Shown: piece by piece, positions 1-8,989 of the stretch
How the letters are laid out: the number at the start of each line of letters is the position of its first letter
Position numbering within the stretch: the first letter of the stretch is position 1
Assembly (NCBI GenBank): GCA_043819555.1
Contig: JBDREQ010000010.1
Location: 1-53,686, forward strand
Length of the DNA: 53,686 nt
From: Candidatus Zixiibacteriota bacterium
GTDB taxonomy: Bacteria; Zixibacteria; MSB-5A5; GN15; JAAZOE01
Direction of reading: 5' to 3'
Notes under the pieces: model-generated
Told to the model about the DNA's origin: nothing
Databases searched by the model: none
Seen by the model: the letters and a program-made list of their open reading frames with translations, nothing else
Made by a program: the position numbers and the translations under genes

Positions 1-162
1 CTCACGACAGATCGCATTCAGAGAGGAGAACCTCACACCTTTCAGTTTCCCTGTTTTAAACAGTGAAAGGGCTGTGAGTGAAATACAAATGCGGGTCGAG
101 AGTTCGGTCAAGGACATCTTTCTGCGAGCCAACATCACATCCAGGTTTACTTGTATAGCCAT
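1..162 (-). CDS. Xre/Cro-C1 HTH regulator, YozG-like (partial, runs off the left edge)
   Basis: Manual translation MAIQVNLDVMLARRKMSLTELSTRICISLTALSLFKTGKLKGVRFSSLNAICRE matches the YozG/HTH_26 pattern. Not in the ORF track. Confidence 0.85.
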   Translation of the reverse strand, partial: MAIQVNLDVMLARRKMSLTELSTRICISLTALSLFKTGKLKGVRFSSLNAICRE

Positions 163-296
163 GATTCCAAGATACACAATGTTTTTAATTAGTCAAGTGA
201 AAATTATAAGCTATAATTAAAATATTTTAATTTTACATTAAAATTGTCGAAATGGAAGGACCGGCCTGGCGCGGAATAAGAACGTTGGATTCGAGC

Positions 297-517
297 AAAA
301 AAACAATCACAATTTGGGCACAATAGGGCGTAAGTCCTTGTGCCACAACGCAAGTATGGGGTTCGATTCCCCCACCTCCACCAATATAACTCATTACAAT
401 TCAATAGATTACAGGCCGGACGGGAGTATAATACCCCCCACCCTTGTCTATGTAAGCCTATATCCCCCAATAACACTGAATAAGGTGACACCATTTTGGT
501 CATGATTTGGTCACAAT
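297..517 (+). repeat. attP-like junction repeat, copy 1, with tmRNA/tRNA-Ala 3'-end core
   Basis: Degenerate GGTCACA-x2 arms at both ends; core GGGGTTCGATTCCCCCACCTCCACCA at 358-383; aligns end to end with 5489-5709 and 7556-7772. Confidence 0.9.
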
Positions 518-640
518 GAATTGGAGTGCCTTCACGAAATTCTGACTCCCGTCAAGAAGGTGCGATTTATCGATAATCATTGACGGATTGGCCCCTATCG
601 GCTATATTTATAGCCGTACGATTAGATTTGGAATGAGTGT

Positions 641-820
641 ATGCCAGAACGCCCCAAAGAACCTCCACGTGGACCGATGATTCATATCCGACTTGATGAG
701 ACAACCCACCGCAAGCTCAAGATCCGCATGGCTCACGAAGGCACCACTATTCAACACCTGGTCGCTGACCTGATTTGCCGAGAAGTTGGTGAAGCGGACA
801 GAACGAGCAAAAAAACATAG
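641..820 (+). CDS. Small ribbon-helix-helix (ParG/CopG-like) DNA-binding protein, 59 aa
   Basis: Manual translation MPERPKEPPRGPMIHIRLDETTHRKLKIRMAHEGTTIQHLVADLICREV...; beta-strand IHIRL followed by two helices. Below the ORF-track cutoff. Confidence 0.7.
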   Translation: MPERPKEPPRGPMIHIRLDETTHRKLKIRMAHEGTTIQHLVADLICREVGEADRTSKKT

Positions 821-858
821 TCTGACATCTTGCGCTGCAAAACACCTTAACCGCCATA

Positions 859-3800
859 GTGAGGAGTTGTCTGATGCATCTCTCATTGCGAATCTTGTTT
901 TCAAGTGCCACGATACTTTTTTCTGTAATCGTCACGCTATGCCCTACTGTCACTCAAGCGGAAGTCTACGTCAACATGCTCTGGGATGAGCACACACAAA
1001 GCTACAGGGTGTCATCACTTGGCGGGGAAGGGAGTATCACGTTTGATCGTGACTATCAAAACTCCTACGGTGAGGAAAGAGACTTGGATCCGGGGCCACC
1101 GTTCATCGTTCAGTCAAGTATCCGGTTCGTGGGTGCCGTGTCTTTCGAATCGGGCGGTTTCGACCCGCTGAATCCTTTTGTGGTGCTGGTTCAGATAGGC
1201 GAAGGACACGACGGTCTGATCAGCGGCGGTGCCGGTGTCAATTTTGTTGGCACTTCGTTGGATCCGATTAGGGTTGAGGGTAACTACAAGATTCGATCCG
1301 GGATCGACTACCGATACCATAGTTTTCGATGGACCAATACCGAGTTCCGCTGTACTCACAGTGACATCACCGGGAACAGCACTCCATTTGCAGTAACCGG
1401 GGGATCGGCGCTGATTGAAGATTGCTACTTTCCCGACTATCCCCAGCCGTTCAACCAGCTGATTAGCCTGCTTGATTACGGTGCTGAAAATAGTTGTATC
1501 GTGACCATACGCAACTGTCGGTTTGAGCGCTGTGATTTTCCCAACCAGACCTACCCGATTATCGTGCGCGACGCCGCCGAATTTACGCTTGAGGACTGTC
1601 ATTTCGAAGATGTCAACTTCTGGGAGGACGATCTCAGCGCCTTGATGGACATCCGCGGATGCGGGATCAAGTCGATCAAAGGCAACACGGGTCACAATAA
1701 CAATCAAAACAAATTCCGCCTAGTCGGAGCTCGAGTGAAGGATTCGGCCTTCATCCGTTGCACCGAGAGCCTGCCGATTGTCTCAAGTACGATTACGGTC
1801 GATCCGGGGGCGGCGCTAGCGATCGGCCGAGGCTCGCTGATCAAGTTCCTGATCACCGGTGGGCTGGATGTCGGAGGGCAGCTGTATGTCGACAGTTCGA
1901 TCTTCACTTCAAATGAAGACGACGAGTATGGCGGAGACACCGATCATAAACCCCAACCGGATCCGTTTGTGGGGAACTGGTCGATCAACGGCGTTTGCGG
2001 TATCCTGGTTGACTCGACTGGCTCGGCCAACATTAGGCGGACGCTGATTCGCTACCCGCGAGCAGGCATATACGCCTTCAACCAGGTTACTCTGGACTCC
2101 TGTCAGTTCGTGGATGGCTGGTACTCTGGATTGGTGCTGCGCGGGGCGTACGAAGCGGATTTCAATATCACCAACACCACCATTAGAAATTACACGCGTC
2201 TGGACCCCTATACCGCCGCCATCTTCTATGAGAACCGCACTTTTCACCGCCAATCCCTGACCCTGGACAACGTGAGCCTCCTGTCCAACGCAATGGATGG
2301 CATAGATTTCTTCTACATGAGCGGCGGTCCCACCCGGGTCAAGTTGAACAATTGCCGCATCGCAGACAATACCGGGCGCGGGATAGTGTTCCCCATCAAC
2401 AATGCTCTGGAGAGCATCGATATCACCAACTCCGTCTTCGTCGGCAACGCCTACACGGCGATCGATGGGCTCGACAACTACGGTAGTGGTATCCCGATCA
2501 ACATCGAAAACAACGTGGTGGTCGGCAACGGGCATTACCAGAACGCCACTCGGCCGGACGGGATACACTTAGCCGGGGGTACCTGCCGTATAGTCGGCAA
2601 CACGGTTCTTCAGAACCACCGGGCTGGCATTCTGATCGAGGGCCTGGACAACATCGAGCAGTGTGTCGTGGCTAACAATCTGCTAGTAGGCAACGGCGAA
2701 TGGGGCTTGTACAAATCTGACTACGAAGCGCCGATAGTGGTTGGCAACAGCCACTGGGATAACGCCGATGAAACCCAGGAACTGCGCTACCGAGGGCCGG
2801 ACGGCTGGATTCACACGGTCGAAGAGTTGCAAGCGCTGGGCGGCGATTTCGTCACCAACATCCATGTTGCACCGGGGTTGTTGCCGGAGATTTCCGGTCA
2901 GATCGATACCGTGATTTATGACAGCCCCAGCGGGCTGTCGAAGCTTGTCGATGCCTCGGGGAGCTTCCCGTCGGCTGCGACACTGGCTGGCCGTTTCGTC
3001 TGTCCCGACACGTCCAATGTCAGCTGGAACTATCTCTGGAACGTATCCGGCGACACTCTGATGTTTCTGGGCGATATCAGAGAACATGCCGGCACCGGCA
3101 GCTTTTATCGAATGATTGATTTTCACCTGTCCGAGACTTCGCAGTTGATCGACGCCGGGTTCACGACCCAGACACAGGAGATGTTTGACATCGACGGCCA
3201 GGCGCGGATACTCGATGGTGATGAAAACGGCAGCATGCTGGTCGATGTTGGTGCTGATGAATTCGGCGGGGAAGACGCCGCGTCGTCGATTAGAGTCCTC
3301 CAGCCTTCGAGTGAGAAGCTGCTGGTGGCTTATGGGACCTTCAACATCGAATGGCAGGCGCCGGATAGTGTTGTCTCGGTCAATATTGCCTACAACAGCT
3401 CATACGACCCGGCTTACCCTGATGCCGGTTGGGAGACGATTGCTTCGGGCACCGATGCTAGTTCGGGGTATTACTCGTGGAGCATACCCGATAACGCCAC
3501 CACTATGACCTGCTATGTCCGGGTCGTGTCATCGGCTCATCCCGACATGATCGGGATGAGTGCGCCGTTCAAGATCAAGCACACCGGCCTGACTCGGATT
3601 CGAAACGATTCACTAATTACCTATTCCCATCCTGAGAATAGCTGGCAATTCTCGAACGATTCGGCCAATATGTGGCCGGTGGAAGCCTGGCCGTCGTACA
3701 TTCTAGACAACGACACTATAACCGGCTTCCCGTATCCACTCGAGTTTGCCGATATTAGAGCCAATTCCTCCGATTTTCCGAGTTGGCCGACTTTTGTCGA

Positions 3801-5484
3801 GGCGTTCGGTTTCGACGCCTGTTACTTCGATTACTGGCTGGGACCCCAGTACCGGCCATCGGCAGTCCTGCGCTGGGGGGCGATCAAGCGCAACTGGAAC
3901 GGTTCTTGTCTGGGGCTGGCCGTCACTAACCTGATGGCGTTCGTTGATTCGGCCGCCTTCGCCGATCGACCCGAAATCGGACCCTTCACTAATCTCAACA
4001 GCCTGGGTATGACTGACCAGCGCCGAAGGATGATCAGCCGGTACTTTACTTATCAATTCGGAAAGGCTAATCGCGACCACACCCGGACCGCACGCATCAA
4101 GACACCATCGGAAACCCTGGCCGAGCTGAGAAGCATGTTCAGCAGTATGGTGGCTTCGACAGCAGACCGCGTTATCACGATCTGCGACACCAGTTCGGTC
4201 AACAGCCGGGGGTGTCACACCGTTACACCTTATCTTCTCGAACGAGTCAACCAACAGGACAATACCTGGTCATTGCTGGTCTACGACAACAATGTACCGA
4301 ATGACTTCCCGACGATCGATTTCAACGCCAACACCAACAGTTGGACTTATGCCCAACTGGGCTTGTCGGGGGACAGACTGTTCTTCCTCGAGGATCCTTT
4401 GTCCAACTATGCCGATCCGGCAATAATGACTGCGGCGCCGAGAGAGCTGCCTCCCGTGGCCACCACCACCAGTGACTATTTTGAGATCTATCTGACGAAT
4501 GCTGATTCAGTCCGGCTCGAACTGGGTACGGGCGCAATCGGTCGATACCACGACTCGCTCTTCAACACCGTTCCAGGAGCAATGCCGATAATTCCTCGCG
4601 CCGACGGTCCGGGCGATCCGATCGGTTACCTGGTTCCCGAGGGGAATTGGTCCTGCCGCCTAGCAGGTGTGACGCGGGACCAGGCCCACGTCAGTGTGTT
4701 TTCCGACAGTGTGATCATGTCATATCGCCGCAACGGTGTAGTATCCACCGAGGCCGACCGCGTTGATATCAGAAGTGGTGCGGCCATGCATCTGATCAAT
4801 CCGGACGCTGCGGGCAGAGACTGTGATATCGACTTCGTATTGATCGCTCCCGACCGCGAACGAGTGCTGGCTCTCGACAATCTGCGCCTGGCCGCGTCCG
4901 ATTCCGGGACGGTTGAAGTCACTCAAGCCACCGGCTTACGGGTGACGAATTATGGGCCTGAGTCTGCCTACGACATCGTGCTGCGGGGTGTCGGCAATAG
5001 CGGGCTGCGGGAGTTCACTCACGAGAACGTTACTCTGGAGGCCAACTCAGTTCATCAGTTAGAGCCGGACTGGGTCGACTTAGGCCGCGAAGACCTGATG
5101 ATTGTCATCGATCTGGGGATCAATGGTGTTTTCGAAGATACTATCTTCATAGCGAACAGCTCACCCACTGACGTGGATGACGATGAGTCAGGGACGATTC
5201 TGCCGTACCGGTTTGACTTATCGCAGAACTATCCGAATCCATTCAACCCGGTGACGACGATTGAGTACAGTCTTCCTGAGCGCAGTCATGTTACCATCGA
5301 AGTGTACAATGTCCTTGGCCAGAAAGTGCGATCACTAGTTGATCGCGAAGAGTCCGCTGGGTCTTACACCACAACATGGGATGGTAAGTCTGAAAGAGGG
5401 CAGTCGGTTTCAACGGGCGTTTATCTCTATCGCTTTCAGGCCGGGGATCACGTCGAAACAAAGAAGATGTTGCTGCTGAAATAG
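859..5484 (+). CDS. Large secreted protein: beta-helix repeats, choice-of-anchor-Q-like motif, Ig-like domain, papain-like domain, FlgD-Ig/T9SS-type C-terminal domain
   Basis: Signal peptide; N/G-rich parallel beta-helix repeats; DFHL..S..IDAG..DIDG..R..VDVGADE; C-terminal LSQNYPNPFNP..TKKMLLLK. Confidence 0.85.
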   Translation: MRSCLMHLSLRILFSSATILFSVIVTLCPTVTQAEVYVNMLWDEHTQSYRVSSLGGEGSITFDRDYQNSYGEERDLDPGPPFIVQSSIRFVGAVSFESGGFDPLNPFVVLVQIGEGHDGLISGGAGVNFVGTSLDPIRVEGNYKIRSGIDYRYHSFRWTNTEFRCTHSDITGNSTPFAVTGGSALIEDCYFPDYPQPFNQLISLLDYGAENSCIVTIRNCRFERCDFPNQTYPIIVRDAAEFTLEDCHFEDVNFWEDDLSALMDIRGCGIKSIKGNTGHNNNQNKFRLVGARVKDSAFIRCTESLPIVSSTITVDPGAALAIGRGSLIKFLITGGLDVGGQLYVDSSIFTSNEDDEYGGDTDHKPQPDPFVGNWSINGVCGILVDSTGSANIRRTLIRYPRAGIYAFNQVTLDSCQFVDGWYSGLVLRGAYEADFNITNTTIRNYTRLDPYTAAIFYENRTFHRQSLTLDNVSLLSNAMDGIDFFYMSGGPTRVKLNNCRIADNTGRGIVFPINNALESIDITNSVFVGNAYTAIDGLDNYGSGIPINIENNVVVGNGHYQNATRPDGIHLAGGTCRIVGNTVLQNHRAGILIEGLDNIEQCVVANNLLVGNGEWGLYKSDYEAPIVVGNSHWDNADETQELRYRGPDGWIHTVEELQALGGDFVTNIHVAPGLLPEISGQIDTVIYDSPSGLSKLVDASGSFPSAATLAGRFVCPDTSNVSWNYLWNVSGDTLMFLGDIREHAGTGSFYRMIDFHLSETSQLIDAGFTTQTQEMFDIDGQARILDGDENGSMLVDVGADEFGGEDAASSIRVLQPSSEKLLVAYGTFNIEWQAPDSVVSVNIAYNSSYDPAYPDAGWETIASGTDASSGYYSWSIPDNATTMTCYVRVVSSAHPDMIGMSAPFKIKHTGLTRIRNDSLITYSHPENSWQFSNDSANMWPVEAWPSYILDNDTITGFPYPLEFADIRANSSDFPSWPTFVEAFGFDACYFDYWLGPQYRPSAVLRWGAIKRNWNGSCLGLAVTNLMAFVDSAAFADRPEIGPFTNLNSLGMTDQRRRMISRYFTYQFGKANRDHTRTARIKTPSETLAELRSMFSSMVASTADRVITICDTSSVNSRGCHTVTPYLLERVNQQDNTWSLLVYDNNVPNDFPTIDFNANTNSWTYAQLGLSGDRLFFLEDPLSNYADPAIMTAAPRELPPVATTTSDYFEIYLTNADSVRLELGTGAIGRYHDSLFNTVPGAMPIIPRADGPGDPIGYLVPEGNWSCRLAGVTRDQAHVSVFSDSVIMSYRRNGVVSTEADRVDIRSGAAMHLINPDAAGRDCDIDFVLIAPDRERVLALDNLRLAASDSGTVEVTQATGLRVTNYGPESAYDIVLRGVGNSGLREFTHENVTLEANSVHQLEPDWVDLGREDLMIVIDLGINGVFEDTIFIANSSPTDVDDDESGTILPYRFDLSQNYPNPFNPVTTIEYSLPERSHVTIEVYNVLGQKVRSLVDREESAGSYTTTWDGKSERGQSVSTGVYLYRFQAGDHVETKKMLLLK

Positions 5485-5488
5485 GCAT

Positions 5489-5709
5489 AAAAAACGGTCA
5501 CAATTTGGTCACAGTGCCACGTAAGTCATTGTGCCGCAACGCGAGTATGGGATTCGATTCCCCACACCTACAATAGTATAAACTATTACAATAAAACAGT
5601 TTACCGGTCGGACGGGGGTAGCATACCCCCCACCGTCACGTTTGTAAGCCTATATCCCCCAATAACCCCGAATAACGTGAAACCATTCTGGTCACGATTT
5701 GGTCACAAT
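5489..5709 (+). repeat. attP-like junction repeat, copy 2
   Basis: AAAAACGGTCACAATTTGGTCACA...GATTCGATTCCCCACACC...GGTCACGATTTGGTCACAAT; homologous to copy 1. Confidence 0.9.
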
Positions 5710-5736
5710 AACAGGCGCAACTACTCAGTATAGAAT

Positions 5737-6090
5737 TTATCGATCTGACCAGACCGCCAACTCATTTCCGGCCGGATCGGTGAAGTGAAAGCGTCTTCCT
5801 CCCGGAAACTCGAATATCTCCCGGACAATCTGCCCGCCGTTCAAAATAACTTGGGCTTTAACATCGGCCAAATCCGTAGAATAGAGCACGACTAAGGGAC
5901 CACCTGATGACACTTCCAACGCTACACTAAAACCTCCGGCTAATCGACCATCATTGAAGCTCGTGTAATCAGGGCCATAGTCTGTGAACTTCCAACCGAA
6001 GACCTTTGAGTAAAACCTCTTAGTCTCCTCAATGTCTGTGGCAAGAAACTCTATATAGTCCACACGGCAATCTTGCTCTACCTGGCTCAT
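5737..6090 (-). CDS. VOC/glyoxalase family protein
   Basis: VDYIEF..KRFYSKVFGW..EFPGGRRFHFTDPAGNELAVW. Confidence 0.92.
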   Translation of the reverse strand: MSQVEQDCRVDYIEFLATDIEETKRFYSKVFGWKFTDYGPDYTSFNDGRLAGGFSVALEVSSGGPLVVLYSTDLADVKAQVILNGGQIVREIFEFPGGRRFHFTDPAGNELAVWSDR

Positions 6091-6402
6091 CGCATCATCT
6101 CCTTTTCTTATCTACGTTCAAAGATATTCAAGCGATCATCACAATTATCCGCCTAAAATAGATTGCGAAACGATATTAAAGTTTTGTTAATACTCAAATT
6201 AAGAAGAAGAACGAAAACTGGCAATCACTTTCATGAGATCATAGCTCCAAACAACACCACTAAAAGCCGGCCGCTCCCCGGTAACAGTATTGTCTTTTTA
6301 TTGAATGCATAGTATATTTGTTAAATGAGAATAAATAGATCCACACCTGTTTACAGTTATAGCAGACTAAGAAGTTCATGTGCCCAAGAGTCATTCAGGA
6401 TA

Positions 6403-7527
6403 GTGCGTGCCATTTTGATCTTCTCCATTGCTCTTACATCATTTCCCGCCAGATTACTCGGTCAGGACTCACTACATACAGCCAATACTCCCAAGTTCGA
6501 GCTGCTATGGTCATTCGATACCGGTGGCTGAGTATTTGTTTCGCCCACGGTCGTGGGAGATGTTTTGTACATTGGTTCATGCGCTGGCACCTGCTATGCG
6601 CTTGATAGGCGATCCGGCCAGGTCCAATGGACATACGATATAGGCGAAGTGTCATTTCATGGTGAGCCCATTATATCAGACTCACTCTTGATCATTCCTA
6701 CAGATGGAAGATCTGGGGCAATCTATGCCCTGACTCTTAAAAAAGGACTTCTAATCTGGCAGTACGAAGCTGCTGATCGACCCGAGAGAATAGACGGATT
6801 TACCACCGATCTAGTGCTGGCTGGATCGGGAGTGCTCGGTGTGACAACGAGTGATGATGTTGTCTGTATGGACGCTGAAGATGGAAATGTAATATGGGAT
6901 TTTCCAGCGCTTGTGGTTCCCGATGGAAGGTATTGGAACGTAGGACCTGCAATTCGTGACACTTCGGTATTCTTCATCAGGTATGACGGCTGGCTACATT
7001 GCCTAGATTCGAAAAACGGAAGTGAGGTGTGGAGATCAGATCTTGCCATGAAACCTACGACAAACATGGTGCTTGATGATGATTGCATTTACGTCGGGGC
7101 AAATGATAGCACGATCTACAGAATTGCTCTAACTGATGGAAAAGTAATAAACAGTAAAAAACTCAAGGGACGACCGGGCTTGCAATTGGAGATTGTGGAC
7201 TCTTTGCTTTATGTCTTTACTCAGGAAGATCCTGACTTCACCGGCATGCTGAACCTTTCGGCTCTGAACAAAGATCTCTCACGTGTTGCATGGAAATCTC
7301 CCGCCTCGTATGACACACCTTGGACCATAAAAAAGGTATATGAATACAAAGATTGGATTATCACCGGCAAAGCAAATGGAGAGGTTTTATTTCTTGATCC
7401 ACTAACCGGTCATCAACATGGATCGATCAAAGTAAACGGAGAATTGAGAAGCATAGGTTTCAGTGGCACTGTCCTATATGTAGGCACTATGAATGGGATG
7501 GTCCATGCAATTAGGATGGATGACTGA
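6403..7527 (+). CDS. Secreted PQQ-like (BamB-type) beta-propeller protein with in-frame TGA at 6529-6531 (candidate selenocysteine; otherwise a pseudogene)
   Basis: ORFs 6325..6531 and 6553..7527 share a frame. GTG 6403 follows AGGA and gives a signal peptide. WSFDTGG*VFVSPTVVGDVLYIGSCAGTCYALD is one continuous PQQ repeat. Confidence 0.8.
6541..6560 (+). promoter_or_regulatory. SECIS-like hairpin
   Basis: TCGCCCAC-GGTC-GTGGGAGA; the GGUC apical loop begins 17 nt after the in-frame UGA. Confidence 0.6.
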
Positions 7528-7555
7528 TCTTCAGTTGCCGGTAAACTCCTATCTC

Positions 7556-7772
7556 AAAAACGGTCACAATCTGGTCACAATACGGTGTAAGTCCTTGTCC
7601 CACAATGCGAGTATGGGGTTGGATCCTCCCACCTCCAATAAGATAACTCATTACAATACAATAGATTACCGGCCGGCTGGGTGTATTATACCTCCCACCC
7701 TTGCGTTTGTAAGCCTATATCCCCCAATAACACCGAATAATGTGCAACCATTTTAGTCACATTTTGGTCGCA
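7556..7772 (+). repeat. attP-like junction repeat, copy 3 (core degenerate)
   Basis: AAAAACGGTCACAATCTGGTCACAA...GGGGTTGGATCCTCCCACCTCCA...AGTCACATTTTGGTCGCA. Confidence 0.9.
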
Positions 7773-7812
7773 GTTCTTCCCCTGGTCTGCTTTTCGTCTA
7801 ACACTCAGATAA

Positions 7813-7872
7813 TGTAAGTATTTATTGTCAAGATGTAAATAATACTTGACATGTTGTCGATAATTGTTTACA
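7813..7872. promoter_or_regulatory. Three 18-bp imperfect palindromic operators (TGTMAA-N6-TTKACA-like), 21-bp period
   Basis: Boxes at 7813, 7834 and 7855; the middle box contains TTGACA; the arrangement is conserved upstream of the paralog at 19904-19963. Confidence 0.7.
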
Positions 7873-7921
7873 ATTAGGGCAAGATGATAATGAACGACGT
7901 GGAGGAACTGAAACAAGTCAG

Positions 7922-8131
7922 ATGAAAACGACCCTTCGCAGATTCAGGTTTGAGCGAGGCGAACTCAGCCAACAGCAACTTGCCAATATGGTCTCGGTGT
8001 CACGCCAGACCATAGTCTCAATTGAGAAAGGTGACTACGCCCCATCAGTGAAGCTGGCTTTGCTTCTGGCGGAGACACTCGAAACTACCGTCGGAGAACT
8101 CTTTGTACTGGAGGAGAAAGACCATGTTTAA
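7922..8131 (+). CDS. Xre-family HTH transcriptional regulator
   Basis: LSQQQLANMVSVSRQTIVSIEKGDYAPSVKLA is the HTH_3 signature. Confidence 0.95.
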   Translation: MKTTLRRFRFERGELSQQQLANMVSVSRQTIVSIEKGDYAPSVKLALLLAETLETTVGELFVLEEKDHV

Positions 8132-8813
8132 GAGAGATCCTATTTTCTGGTGGGCGAGCGGCATCTTCGTTGCGGCGCTGGGGCTATTCGCGGCGTCACA
8201 GGACCAGTCCTGGCTGACACTCATGATAGCTTCCTATCTCCTGCGTCCAACTCTGGCATCACTCGGAGTCGGTCGGAAGAGAATCGATGAGCGTCAAATG
8301 ACGATTCATTACCGTTCGGGCAATATTGCGTTCGCCGTTATGATGATTGCATGCGTCATTGCGGCCATCACACTTGCAGCTGAAGACAACCATGCGTATA
8401 AACTCTTCGCTATGGTCATTGTCATTGGGCTTGCTGCCAAAGCACTATTCAATGTGATCCTGGCAAAGGACTTCCAAAAGGCACCAACTCTGATAATAAC
8501 CTCTGTCGGTCTCCTGATAGCGCTATTTGGATTTTTGGAAGGGAGTCCACCATTTCAGGATAAGCTGATGGATGCACTTCCCGGAAGTGCAATTGCTGTC
8601 GTCGGCCTGCTGTCTGGGAAATACCCAAGATCGATTGGCATAGTGATCTTTGCCATAACGGCATTTCTCCTCACGATGATTTTTGTCAGAGGCCTTAACT
8701 GGACATCGATTGTAACAGCGCTTGTTGTCGGTGTGCCACTGACACTTGCCGGCATATATCTCTTCAGGCGGGACAAAATCGACAGCGATTCAGAACCGCA
8801 AGGCACGACGTGA
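8124..8813 (+). CDS. Integral membrane protein with DER motif (DUF2178-like partner of Xre HTH)
   Basis: Multiple TM segments; IDERQMTI motif; ATG 8124 overlaps the HTH stop and follows GGAG. Confidence 0.75.
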   Translation: MFKRDPIFWWASGIFVAALGLFAASQDQSWLTLMIASYLLRPTLASLGVGRKRIDERQMTIHYRSGNIAFAVMMIACVIAAITLAAEDNHAYKLFAMVIVIGLAAKALFNVILAKDFQKAPTLIITSVGLLIALFGFLEGSPPFQDKLMDALPGSAIAVVGLLSGKYPRSIGIVIFAITAFLLTMIFVRGLNWTSIVTALVVGVPLTLAGIYLFRRDKIDSDSEPQGTT

Positions 8814-8841
8814 CAAATTAACTGAATCAGCCAAAGAACAG

Positions 8842-8989
8842 ATGAAACCGCTCGCAATAGGAAGTGAAACCGGCGCTTCTTCGGGAGGAGAAGCTCAATG
8901 CTGCCGTTGAAGAACTGTTTTTGCTGGGGGATAAGCTCAAAGCTGCAGTAGAAGAACTGTTTTTGCTGGAGGATAAGGACTGTGTTTAA
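8842..8989 (+). pseudogene. Degenerate copy of the Xre HTH gene containing a 42-bp tandem duplication
   Basis: Reads EVKPALLREEKLNAAVEELFLLGDKLKAAVEELFLLEDKDCV*, compared with the HTH C-terminus SVKLALLLAETLETTVGELFVLEEKDHV*; same overlap with the next gene; repeat units start at 8891 and 8933. Confidence 0.75.

Noticed and set aside
330..383. Complete tRNA or tmRNA gene
   Set aside because: Only the T-arm and 3' acceptor strand are present. There is no matching 5' strand, D arm or anticodon arm upstream, so it is an att core.
204..505. ORFs 204..503 and 314..505 (also 7493..7756, 7686..7916, 11382..11618, 11530..11715)
   Set aside because: They are translations of the att repeat; their mutual similarity is DNA-level and the frames are not preserved across copies.
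6325..6531. Stand-alone 68-aa gene
   Set aside because: It is the in-frame N-terminus of the downstream beta-propeller, interrupted by TGA.
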